DNA from: Candidatus Heimdallarchaeota archaeon
GTDB lineage: Archaea; Asgardarchaeota; Heimdallarchaeia; Heimdallarchaeales; Heimdallarchaeaceae
Direction: 5' to 3'
DNA length: 32,000 bases
Assembly (NCBI GenBank): GCA_030668875.1
Contig: DAOVER010000023.1
Span: forward strand, 24,173-56,172
Shown here: in pieces, positions 9,282-18,642 of the stretch
How the letters are laid out: every line of letters begins with the position of its first letter
Numbering within the stretch: the first letter of the stretch is position 1
Program-made: the position numbers and the translations under genes
The notes under the pieces: generated by a model
What the model saw: the letters and a program-made list of their open reading frames with translations, nothing else
The model's database searches: none
Told to the model about the DNA's origin: nothing

Positions 9282-10931
9282 TCAGAGGAATTCTTCTACT
9301 TCTAGTTTAGTGATAATTTCAAAAATATCTTCCTTTATGATTGTTTTACCAACTATAGCCATCAATTTATTAACAATTTTTTCTGCAACTACTCTTTTAT
9401 CTGATACCATTAGCTCCTTGAAGATATTAATCAGCCCCTCAAGAATTTCAGGGTCTGATGACAGATATAGTATGGTTTTAAGATATTGTTTCACGTCAGT
9501 TGGGATTAATCCCCGATTAGTTATTAGTTCCGTATAAGCTAATAGAATCTGTTCCATAACGCCAATATCCCTATGAAGTTTTAGACATTCAATGAAGGTT
9601 GAAGCAAATTCTTTTGTGAAACGTTTTGGGTAGTTAAGAAGCATGCTCTCAATGATGTTAAATGCTCTAAACGCTAAAAATGGATGATTTGATTTGAGTG
9701 TTACTTCTTGAATAAAAGGAAAAACAATTTTTGTAGTCTCTTTATCTAGCCCTGATAAAGCAAATTTTTCTAGAATTTGAATTGAAGAATAACAGATGTC
9801 CTCTTCCTTAGTATTTTGAACAATGTTGTAAAGGCATTCTATTGCAAGATTTACCACATATGGTTGTGATTGTAGAGTGATTTGTGTTAGTGATTCTATT
9901 GCTCTTACTCTAACGTTTTTATTGTGATGAGATTTGAGTATTTTCACTATAAGTTGAACATTAGTTTCTGTCAAGTAGTTTCTGATAATGATAGCTTCCA
10001 AAGCCTTCAAACCCATTTCTCTTAATCTGTCCTCGTAAGTAGCTCTCACAATTCCAATTATCAAATCTATTAGATATGGAACTTTCTCTCCTTGAGTTAA
10101 GGCTAAATCCGGATATGCAGAAAGAGCTATTTCTCTTATTTTTTGATCATAAGAGAATGTTAGCAGTTTAACAATATCACTAGTATAGAGACTTAGCTTA
10201 GCCAATGTTTTTGTTTTTACAATAACTTCTTCTAGACACTTGAAAGCGAGCATTCTCATCTCATAATCATCAGATGCCTTGAACACCATGATATACGCTT
10301 CAGCTATCCCAAAGAAGGGAGTATATTTTTTTATATTTGTTATAATGTTGTTTAAACAACCTATAGCAGTTAGCCTTTCTATTTCTTCAGTACTAACTCT
10401 GAGGATTTCGAAAATTGATATTGCAACATCTCTTCCCATATCAGAATCATCAATAGGTAAGAGAAGTATAGAGTTGATTAAACTTCTAACATTAGGTTGT
10501 TTTGGTAAGTATCGATCCTTATCGACAGCTGTAAAAAGCTGTTTCAATTCGAGAGAGTCTCTCCAGTTAAACTTTATTTTTTTCATTCCTTTACGAATTA
10601 TCTCGAAATCCTTAGATAAATTGAATAGTTGATGAGGAGAATCATCATCAAACTCATCACTCTTTTCTCTTCGTGAATCTTTTATTTGTTCTATTATCTC
10701 GTTTTCGTCAAAATCACCTGAAGTGATAAGTGATGCTAATGCTTGAGAAGCAGCATCTCTAACTCTTGGATTAGGATCTGTAAGTTGAGCATTGAGAAGA
10801 GCTTCTAACACCTTGGATTCTCTTAGATTTGCTAGAATATATGCTGCTCTCTCTCTTTGAAGTGGGATAGAGCTATATTTAAGCTGTTTAATTAACCCAT
10901 CAATGTTAGATTTATCTTTTGAATCACTCAT
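9282..10931 (-). CDS. HEAT/ARM-repeat alpha-solenoid protein
   Basis: N-terminal PBS-lyase-type HEAT pair (RERAAYILANL..DPNPRVRDAASQAL), then repeats of about 40 aa (DYEMRMLAFKCLEEV, DQKIREIALSAY, EDRLREMGLKALEAI, NKNVRVRAIESLTQI, DPEILEGLINIF). Confidence 0.8.
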   Translation of the reverse strand: MSDSKDKSNIDGLIKQLKYSSIPLQRERAAYILANLRESKVLEALLNAQLTDPNPRVRDAASQALASLITSGDFDENEIIEQIKDSRREKSDEFDDDSPHQLFNLSKDFEIIRKGMKKIKFNWRDSLELKQLFTAVDKDRYLPKQPNVRSLINSILLLPIDDSDMGRDVAISIFEILRVSTEEIERLTAIGCLNNIITNIKKYTPFFGIAEAYIMVFKASDDYEMRMLAFKCLEEVIVKTKTLAKLSLYTSDIVKLLTFSYDQKIREIALSAYPDLALTQGEKVPYLIDLIIGIVRATYEDRLREMGLKALEAIIIRNYLTETNVQLIVKILKSHHNKNVRVRAIESLTQITLQSQPYVVNLAIECLYNIVQNTKEEDICYSSIQILEKFALSGLDKETTKIVFPFIQEVTLKSNHPFLAFRAFNIIESMLLNYPKRFTKEFASTFIECLKLHRDIGVMEQILLAYTELITNRGLIPTDVKQYLKTILYLSSDPEILEGLINIFKELMVSDKRVVAEKIVNKLMAIVGKTIIKEDIFEIITKLEVEEFL

Positions 10932-11027
10932 TGTTCTATTTTATAGAAAGTGAATTGAGTATAAGAATATTATTTTATGATTTCAAAAAAAATCAAATTT
11001 CATATACGCGAAATTTAACAATGATTC

Positions 11028-11159
11028 ATGGTTTCACACAGAGCTTGGTCAACTGATTACTCTTGTAGTGAGTACTCGCAAACGCTTACTCAGAATGTAA
11101 CCAAATTCATTAAAGGAGAAAAACCAGATAACATTGTAAACTTGGCAGAGGGACATTAA
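11028..11159 (+). pseudogene. 43-codon remnant resembling the C-terminus of a D-isomer-specific 2-hydroxyacid dehydrogenase
   Basis: Manual translation MVSHRAWSTDYSCSEYSQTLTQNVTKFIKGEKPDNIVNLAEGH* matches the family tail 'TPH.A....N+..F..G..P.N.VN...GY'. Its stop overlaps the convergent TVP38 gene stop. Confidence 0.5.
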
Positions 11160-12145
11160 TCCTTTATTTCAGGTTCCAATTCCTCGGTTTTTTTATCTAC
11201 AGATAACTCTTCTACTTTAGATTCATTATCAGTTAAATCTTTATCTGATTTCTCTAATTCTTTCTTTTTAACGACCCTATTGGAAAGCACACTGGCTATA
11301 ATTAGCATCAACACTAGAACACCAAAGATAATATAAAAAATCAGATTAAACTGCCCTGAAACAGCTTCAAGATTATTAGGTGTAAGATTACGAATGAATT
11401 CAGCAATGTTAGTTTCTCCCAAAGGAATCATAGAACCAAGATCACTAGGTGTAAGATTACAAATGAGTTCAGTGATGTGAATTAACCCTGAAGGGATCAT
11501 AGCAGCACCAAAAAATGCAAAGAAAAATGCTCTTGGAATAGAACCAATAAAAGTTGCTAGTGTATATGGTTTACATTTGATATTAGATAATCCAGCTGCG
11601 TAAGAGACAGGATCAAACATTATCAAAGGCACAGCGCGACCAACAATTATTGCCCAGATACCCCACCTCGCAATCCAGATATCCACAACTAAAATAAATT
11701 TATCAGCAAGGCTTACATATTCACCAGCTGATTCAATAATTGGACGACCTCCTTTTACAGCAAGAAAATACGTTACAATACCACTAATAACAGACCCAAT
11801 AACACCAATAACCATTCCTGGCCAAAGACCAAAAATCATCCCAGCAGAGAGGAGTATAAGTTCTGAAGGAATTGGTGCTATTAGACTTTGTAGAATCATC
11901 AGAGCAAGAAATACTAGATATGCCCACCAACCAATATTCAATAAAGGAAGGATAAAATAATCACGAATCAAACTGAAAAGGAAAGTTTCATCAACAAAAG
12001 TCCACACTAATACCGCAATAGAAATTATTACAATTAGTGTAAATAGTATGACCATCACAATCTTTTTTGTTGTCCATTCAACCTTTTTTCTTCCGGCTGA
12101 AGTTAATTTTTCATCTTGGGAATGTTCAACTTGTGATTTAGGCAT
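11156..12145 (-). CDS. TVP38/TMEM64 (VTT/DedA, 'SNARE-associated') family membrane protein
   Basis: MILQSLIAPIPSELILLSAGMIFGLWPG, YFLAVKGGRP, IVGRAVPLIMFDPVSYAAGLSNI..YTLATFIGSIPRAF. Confidence 0.92.
   Translation of the reverse strand: MPKSQVEHSQDEKLTSAGRKKVEWTTKKIVMVILFTLIVIISIAVLVWTFVDETFLFSLIRDYFILPLLNIGWWAYLVFLALMILQSLIAPIPSELILLSAGMIFGLWPGMVIGVIGSVISGIVTYFLAVKGGRPIIESAGEYVSLADKFILVVDIWIARWGIWAIIVGRAVPLIMFDPVSYAAGLSNIKCKPYTLATFIGSIPRAFFFAFFGAAMIPSGLIHITELICNLTPSDLGSMIPLGETNIAEFIRNLTPNNLEAVSGQFNLIFYIIFGVLVLMLIIASVLSNRVVKKKELEKSDKDLTDNESKVEELSVDKKTEELEPEIKD
11369..11478. repeat. In-frame 69-bp-period duplication inside the TVP38 gene
   Basis: 11369-11409 and 11438-11478 match at 35 of 41 nt (core taggtgtaagattac). 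They encode ITELICNLTPSDL and IAEFIRNLTPNNL. Confidence 0.8.
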
Positions 12146-12302
12146 ACATTAGAAAACTTCTCGCTTCATAAAAATATTTCCAATATATCACAGAATTATT
12201 CAAAAAAAGGTTTTGGATGTTTTCGAAATTTATCCTTTCTTGTAATGAAATACCTGAATTTTAAAGATTAATGAGCATTAATGCCATACATAGATGATGA
12301 GA

Positions 12303-12400
12303 ATAAATTCTCAGTGTTTTTGAGAATTTGTTTATCTATTTGTTATTAGGTTGGCTTTTACTCGCACGCACACAAGAAATAAATTCTCACACAAGTGAGA
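12303..12400. promoter_or_regulatory. Pair of pseudo-palindromic sites upstream of the ABC operon
   Basis: ATAAATTCTCA occurs at 12303 and 12379. The first continues as AAATTCTCA-N7-TGAGAATTT (perfect 9-bp IR), the second as TCTCAC-acaa-GTGAGA. Confidence 0.4.
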
Positions 12401-12476
12401 CAATGCCGTCTTAAGCCATAGAAGTGCATAATTACCATACAATAAAAATATAAAGGCGCAGTTCTTCACCACACTA

Positions 12477-15400
12477 ATGAATATAAAAAAACGTTTGATT
12501 CCTTTACTAATATTAATGCTTACATTCACTAGTTCAGTGCTAGTTTCAAGTCAAACTGGTGAAGAAGAGACTTCACAATCTGAAGATCTTTTATTATTAA
12601 CGAAATTTGAAGGAAACGAGCAAGAAGTCACATCTCGAACTGTAATTGATGAATCTGGTAATCTTCACTTCTTCGGAAGAATACAGTATGATAATGGTAC
12701 TTTCTTTATCTTTCATGCAGTTGGTGATAGCATTGTTATCATCATAAGGGAAGATAATAGCGATGAATATTTCATGCCTTTCGTTGTTCTTGGAGGTGTA
12801 GTCCTGTTTTATTCTTTCCACACTTTCTACGGAACTTCGAAATATTATATGTATAAATGGACGCCAGATTCTTCTGAGAATATTCAGTTCTTCACTAGCA
12901 ATGAAATTTTTTCTTTTAACCCTACGATCTACATTTACTATAACGAATCTTTCAACGGTTTTCATATGTTCATTATGACAATGTCAACTGAAGGATCTGA
13001 CCCATTGTCAGAAGTTGTAAAAACAAAAATAAGAGAATTAACAGTAAGTATGGAAGGTACTTGTGTATTTGGTGAATGGTGGGTGATTGATTATGAGTAT
13101 GATCTTCTTATTGATTTTGATTATGTCAATGGACAACTTTATGCTCAATACAGATACACGTTTCCATACAATCCAATTCACAAATATTATACTCTTATAA
13201 CTAGTTTTAACAACACCTACATCTCAAATTACATGGAAATAGAAGAAGGAGGTTTTGATCCTATTTTTTATGTGACTGAAGATGACACTTTGCATACAAG
13301 GTTAATTAGAAATGGAAAGTTGTACTATTTAGATTATGAAATAAATGATACTATATCCTTTGAACTGTTCAATGTCACTGATATTGGAATATCAACTTAT
13401 AAGGATTATTTCATCTTCGAATACGATGGTTACGAAACGTTTATTTTCAATTCTGAACCATTTATAGGATATGAGGACTTCTTCGAGGATAAGGAGTTAA
13501 AATCGCAAGTTATAGTTCTTAAGAATAATTATACACATTTTGAAAGAGAAGAATTTTATCTTTATAATGTTCCCTACCTAGATAATTACCACTCATTTTA
13601 CATGCAACAATATGAGAATGGTTCGAATGTTTATGTCCACACTACAGTTTTAGGAAGGGAAAATTTCGATCAAAGGAGATTGGTTGAAGATACATACATT
13701 GGAGTATATATTACAACAGATTTGCCTATTAGTTATAGTGAGGAGCCATTGGTTATTGGTTTAATAGTTTTAACATCTTTCCAGCAGTTCTGGATGAATA
13801 TAGGCATTTATCTCGCAATTGCAATAGGGACGGGTTTATTATTATATCTCATTTTCAAGAAAAAGGTTCATAAGATATTTTCTGATATTGGAAAGTTCCT
13901 CGTTAGACCTGGTAAGAAAGCTAGTGTTAAATTTTCACTGATTTTTATTAACATTTGGAATTATATTTCAAATATATTTTCAACACTTTACATACTCTTC
14001 AAAACAAATAAGAGAAGACATCTGATGAACCTGATTGGTATGACAATTCTGTCTCTCATACTAATTACAAGTACAAGTCTATACAATTCCAAACAAAGAG
14101 TGCTTCTATCTGAATATACAGATAATATTGACTTGATTCACAATAGTATTCCTTCTATGAGTATGACAATCAATTATGATACCTTTGCTCGAGGTTCAAG
14201 TGAACCAATAATTGAGGACTTCAGTGAAGCAGCGTTAAGTGAGATTTTTACTCAGTTTAAACTAGAGTATAAGACACTTGCAAGTATTATTGGTGATGTA
14301 GATTATGGTTCTTTTATGTATGGTACAGGGATGAATCCTGATGATAATGATTCCTTTTCAGGTTTGAGTTATCTAGGTGTTTCTACAAGAGCACAACCTT
14401 TACTTGAAGTGATGTTATTTGAAGGTAGATTGCCAGAAACAGTAGGCGAAGTTGTTATATCACTTGATTTAGCTGCAGATGTAGGATTAGGTATTAATGA
14501 TTCAATGAAGGTATTTGGAGCTCAAAGAAGTTATTACAATTTTGATTTAGGTGAAACATATGGACTTGTAAAAATAGTCGGATTTGTTGAACCTATAAGA
14601 CTGGATTTATTACTAGAGTATTCAAGGGTTAACGATATACCATTTGACACAGTAAAAGTGTTAGGTAGTTTCGGTGGAGCATGTATAACTTACAATGACT
14701 TCTATTTTACAAGCTTAGAAGGGTTAAATCCGTATTACACGACAATTACAACTTATGTTCAGTTTCTTTATGATTTTACTGAATTTAGCCCTACATCTAT
14801 GGAAACATTAAGAATAGAACAAGAGGAGATCATTGCAAATAATGCTCATGATTTTGATTTTGCAGAATTTGCAACTTGGCACTTTTCAAACGAACTAGGA
14901 ACTGTAATCGACACACTCGGTCCAAAAATAAATTCTTCCATTTTCCTATTCTTTACATTAGCTATACCAATCCTATATTTAGCAATTTTCTTAATTTTTG
15001 AAACTAATGAATTATATAGCAAGAGCATGGAACAGGAAATCGAGATTTTCAAATCAAAAGGTTTGTCTACGGGGAGGATTGCAATGAATTACACGGCATT
15101 AAAAGTTACTGAAGCTATCCTGGCAACTGCAATTGGATTTGGATTATCAATGGCTTTAACACCCGCGTTGATTAAGATGGATACATTCGTCACATTCAAC
15201 AATACATTTGCAGCAATTGATGTGTCAAGTATTCCTATTGCAGCAGCATTCACAATTCTTGCATTAATACTAATATCACTACCTAAAACAATAAGCACTG
15301 CTAGAACGAAGAGAAAAGAGCAAAAAACTCCTCAAAGAATTGTACTATTGCTGAAGAAAATCAGATTACCAACCATTCTACTAATTGTGGTTGGGGGAGT

Positions 15401-16796
15401 AATCATGTATCTAAGTTTCTTGTTATACAGGTACTTATTTAGTGCAGTAACAGAAAGTGGAAGCAACTTATTAATGATATTCATCTATATTGCAGGAACT
15501 GGAGTACTTTTAGCTTTGCTGGGGTTTGGACTCCTACTGAAAGATTTACATTCAATAACTATGATAGCAATAAGTAAAATTGCTTGGATGATAAAGAAAT
15601 CTGTAGCTTCTTTCTCATTAATAGAGATTCGCTCTGATGTTCATATATTCAATAACATATTTCTGACATTCTTCATTCTTGTAGGAATAATTCTACCGTC
15701 AATTATATGTCCCGTATCAGTTCAGTATAATTTTGATAAAGATGCGTCAATGTATACAGGTGCAGATCTCTACGTAAAAAACTGGAATGACGAAAATATA
15801 ACGCTGTTAGCTGAAATCGAGTCATTACCAGAAGTAGTTAGTACAGCCAATATATCAGCTATTGATGCCCATTACGAAGGAGAACAAATTAACATCTATC
15901 TTCTCAATAATATTACGGAATATCTAGCAACGACATATACTCCACCAAAAGACATGTTCCCTGATTGGGAAGAAAAAATTGAATCTCTTGATGACAATAC
16001 AACTATGTTGACTTCTCAATTCTTCAAAGTAGAAATAGCCGAGGGGTGGAATAGTTTTATGTGGTCCAATCATCATCAAACTTTCAACTCTACCTTCCAA
16101 ATCAAAGGTGTTTTTGACTACTTCCCTGTTTTTTATGATGTTGGTCCTTTTATTGATGGAAAATCAAGGAGGGTCAATGCTCTAGCAATTGCAGAACATA
16201 ATTACCAATACATTGAACCTGCTATAGTAGAATTTGGAAGTTATAAAGATAGGCTTCTGATAAAGCTAGCTAATGATGCAGATCATTCTGTAGTAAAACA
16301 CTATCTAGAAGAGCATTATCAATTCACCGTAGTGTCAGCTGTAGAAGAAGGAGAAGAATCACAATTTGCAAGCTATCCATTCTACTCTATAATATCAGCA
16401 GAATTTGCAATGTCAATACTAATCGCCCTGATAGCAATAGTGTTTATTAGTATAACAAACCCAATAAAACTCTTGCAACAAAGAACAAACAAAAATGATA
16501 GATTAAAGAAAATGGGAATATCAACAAAAAGAATCATCCAATTAGCGGCAGTTGAAACGTTCATTGCTGGAGTGTTTCCAGGTTTAGTAATGGGTGCAGG
16601 ACTTGGTTTCGGGTTAATAGGAATGTTCATCTGGGCAACAACGAGTTTCTTCTACTCAGGAATGGGTTTTAAGATCGTAATATCTCCAATAGCACTAATT
16701 ATCAGCTTTGTAATAGCACCTGTGTTATTCTATGCAATATTCTATTTTGCTATGAAACGAAATTATGCAAAATATTTACCAAGGAATCTGGAGTGA
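12477..16796 (+). CDS. Very large FtsX/MacB-like (type VII) ABC permease with an extra ~430-aa N-terminal extracellular domain
   Basis: Signal peptide, beta-rich ectodomain, TM, then two FtsX-type repeats (EQEIEIFKSKGLSTGRI; NDRLKKMGISTKRIIQLAAVE), FEGRLPETVGEVVIS and GADLYV motifs. The stop overlaps the ATPase start (GTGA). Confidence 0.9.
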   Translation: MNIKKRLIPLLILMLTFTSSVLVSSQTGEEETSQSEDLLLLTKFEGNEQEVTSRTVIDESGNLHFFGRIQYDNGTFFIFHAVGDSIVIIIREDNSDEYFMPFVVLGGVVLFYSFHTFYGTSKYYMYKWTPDSSENIQFFTSNEIFSFNPTIYIYYNESFNGFHMFIMTMSTEGSDPLSEVVKTKIRELTVSMEGTCVFGEWWVIDYEYDLLIDFDYVNGQLYAQYRYTFPYNPIHKYYTLITSFNNTYISNYMEIEEGGFDPIFYVTEDDTLHTRLIRNGKLYYLDYEINDTISFELFNVTDIGISTYKDYFIFEYDGYETFIFNSEPFIGYEDFFEDKELKSQVIVLKNNYTHFEREEFYLYNVPYLDNYHSFYMQQYENGSNVYVHTTVLGRENFDQRRLVEDTYIGVYITTDLPISYSEEPLVIGLIVLTSFQQFWMNIGIYLAIAIGTGLLLYLIFKKKVHKIFSDIGKFLVRPGKKASVKFSLIFINIWNYISNIFSTLYILFKTNKRRHLMNLIGMTILSLILITSTSLYNSKQRVLLSEYTDNIDLIHNSIPSMSMTINYDTFARGSSEPIIEDFSEAALSEIFTQFKLEYKTLASIIGDVDYGSFMYGTGMNPDDNDSFSGLSYLGVSTRAQPLLEVMLFEGRLPETVGEVVISLDLAADVGLGINDSMKVFGAQRSYYNFDLGETYGLVKIVGFVEPIRLDLLLEYSRVNDIPFDTVKVLGSFGGACITYNDFYFTSLEGLNPYYTTITTYVQFLYDFTEFSPTSMETLRIEQEEIIANNAHDFDFAEFATWHFSNELGTVIDTLGPKINSSIFLFFTLAIPILYLAIFLIFETNELYSKSMEQEIEIFKSKGLSTGRIAMNYTALKVTEAILATAIGFGLSMALTPALIKMDTFVTFNNTFAAIDVSSIPIAAAFTILALILISLPKTISTARTKRKEQKTPQRIVLLLKKIRLPTILLIVVGGVIMYLSFLLYRYLFSAVTESGSNLLMIFIYIAGTGVLLALLGFGLLLKDLHSITMIAISKIAWMIKKSVASFSLIEIRSDVHIFNNIFLTFFILVGIILPSIICPVSVQYNFDKDASMYTGADLYVKNWNDENITLLAEIESLPEVVSTANISAIDAHYEGEQINIYLLNNITEYLATTYTPPKDMFPDWEEKIESLDDNTTMLTSQFFKVEIAEGWNSFMWSNHHQTFNSTFQIKGVFDYFPVFYDVGPFIDGKSRRVNALAIAEHNYQYIEPAIVEFGSYKDRLLIKLANDADHSVVKHYLEEHYQFTVVSAVEEGEESQFASYPFYSIISAEFAMSILIALIAIVFISITNPIKLLQQRTNKNDRLKKMGISTKRIIQLAAVETFIAGVFPGLVMGAGLGFGLIGMFIWATTSFFYSGMGFKIVISPIALIISFVIAPVLFYAIFYFAMKRNYAKYLPRNLE

Positions 16797-18538
16797 TAAA
16801 AATGATAAGATGTGTAGACCTAATAAAAATCTATCACGACACTGTTACCGAATACAAGGTTTCAGCATTACGTGGATTGGACTTAGATATTCAAGACGGA
16901 GAACTTGCTTCAATCATTGGTCCTTCAGGAGCTGGTAAATCAACATTAATCAACATACTTTCAGGAATAGATACTCCTACAGGAGGATTAGTGTTAATAA
17001 AAGGTATTCAGATAGATAGACTAACTGAAAGAGAAAGAAGAGATTTCAGATACAACAACATAGGGCTAGTAAATCAGTTCACAAGCAGAAATCTATTCAA
17101 CAACTTAACAGTAAGAGAAAATCTGATAATGCCAATGAAAATGAGTTTCATGCCAAGAGAAGTACAGAAGAAGGAAACAAACGATTTGCTAGATTTGTTC
17201 AACTTGAAACATGTAAAACATAACAAAGCAACGAAAATCTCAGGTGGGGAATCTATGAGGTTGTCGGTAGCTATTGCATTAGCTAGAAAACCTCACTTCA
17301 TTTTAGCGGACGAGCCAACAGGTCAATTAGATAGTAAAAATACATTTGAAATAATTGATACTTTGAAAAGTGTAAACAAAGAGCTAGGCACTACTATATT
17401 GATTGTTACTCACGATGTCAGGTATAGAGGAGTTTTCAATAAAAGTTTTCTCATCAGAGATGGTAGGCTTGTTGGTGTTGGTCAAGATATGAAAAGACAG
17501 CAACTAGATTTTCTCAAAGATGCTTCTGTTCTTAATCGAGTTTATATTGACCCCTCGAACACCATTCGCATACCTGATAGAATCAAATCTTCTGTTGCTT
17601 TGCGTGATGCTGCAGAACTTGATGTTCATCCTTCCAAGAAAATTGCATTGATGTGGAATCCAGATTTGGTAAGTAAAGAAGACGTGATTGAAATCTTGAA
17701 ACAACCTCCTGATCAGTGGGCAGAAACAAAAGATGAGATTACATTTGAAGATGTAGAATACCTATTTGACCGCCATTTCAAACCAGATCCTAATGCTAAA
17801 ACTTTGATTAAAGTAAAAAATGTTGAGAAAGGATACGAGATTTTGGGACGAATTAACCCCGTGATAAAGGGAATAGATTTAGAGATAAATGAAGGAGATT
17901 TAGTATTTATTTCTGGACCAAGTGGGGTAGGAAAGACAACTCTTCTCAACCTCATAGCTGGATTAATCAAACCCAATAAGGGTAGAATAAGCATTGGAAA
18001 ACAAACAATATCGAAGATGAGTGATACACAAGTTTCTGACTTTAGACTGGCTAATATTGCCTATATAACTCAATATCACAGTTTGTTTGAACCCATACAA
18101 CTTGAGGACAACTTGTTGATTCCTTATCTTTTCCAAGGAATACCATTTGATCAAGAATATGCGACTCACATCACCAAACAATGCCATATCGACCATAAAC
18201 TTCTATCTTATCCAGATGAATTATCTGCAGGTGAAAAACAACGTGCCACACTTTCACTAGCTCTTACAAGAAAAACCCCAATACTTTTAGCAGATGAACC
18301 TACGGCTAATATGGACAGTGACCTAGCAAGATCAGTTATGGATACGTTAATGGATGTAGTTGAGGCGAATCGCTCAACCTTCTTAATGTGTTCTCACGAC
18401 CTTTCTTTGTTGCGACCAGGTTTCCGTCATTTGAAAATTTCAGATGGAAAAATCGTAGATGATGTTAGAATTACTAAAAAATCTCTCAAAAAGATTCTTA
18501 AAGAATATCTTCAAATTGAAGACGAGAAAAAGGGTTAG
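16793..18538 (+). CDS. ABC ATPase with two LolD/MacB-type NBDs separated by an AbrB/SpoVT-like domain
   Basis: NBD1: GPSGAGKS, ISGGE, ILADEP, THD. NBD2: GPSGVGKT, LSAGEKQR, LLADEP, SHD. Linker RVYIDPSNTIRIPDRIKSSVALRDAAELDV. Start GTG 16793 or ATG 16802. Confidence 0.93.
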   Translation: MIKMIRCVDLIKIYHDTVTEYKVSALRGLDLDIQDGELASIIGPSGAGKSTLINILSGIDTPTGGLVLIKGIQIDRLTERERRDFRYNNIGLVNQFTSRNLFNNLTVRENLIMPMKMSFMPREVQKKETNDLLDLFNLKHVKHNKATKISGGESMRLSVAIALARKPHFILADEPTGQLDSKNTFEIIDTLKSVNKELGTTILIVTHDVRYRGVFNKSFLIRDGRLVGVGQDMKRQQLDFLKDASVLNRVYIDPSNTIRIPDRIKSSVALRDAAELDVHPSKKIALMWNPDLVSKEDVIEILKQPPDQWAETKDEITFEDVEYLFDRHFKPDPNAKTLIKVKNVEKGYEILGRINPVIKGIDLEINEGDLVFISGPSGVGKTTLLNLIAGLIKPNKGRISIGKQTISKMSDTQVSDFRLANIAYITQYHSLFEPIQLEDNLLIPYLFQGIPFDQEYATHITKQCHIDHKLLSYPDELSAGEKQRATLSLALTRKTPILLADEPTANMDSDLARSVMDTLMDVVEANRSTFLMCSHDLSLLRPGFRHLKISDGKIVDDVRITKKSLKKILKEYLQIEDEKKG

Positions 18539-18570
18539 TTATTTCCTCTCTTTTCTTTTTTCTTTCATAT
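18539..18570 (+). terminator. Oligo-T/pyrimidine-rich archaeal terminator
   Basis: ttatttcctctcttttcttttttctttc directly after the ATPase stop. Confidence 0.55.
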
Positions 18571-18642
18571 TCATTATCAGAATTATTTTCACAAGAAGGA
18601 ATCATTTAAAACTATTAGAGAAATAATTTAGTTGATTGCAAG

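Noticed and set aside
11028-11105. Possible structured RNA or riboswitch (tgagta...tactca hairpin with GCAAA, ggtt...aacc ends)
   Set aside because: Stems are short and imperfect and do not fit a known consensus. The region is better explained as a dehydrogenase coding remnant.
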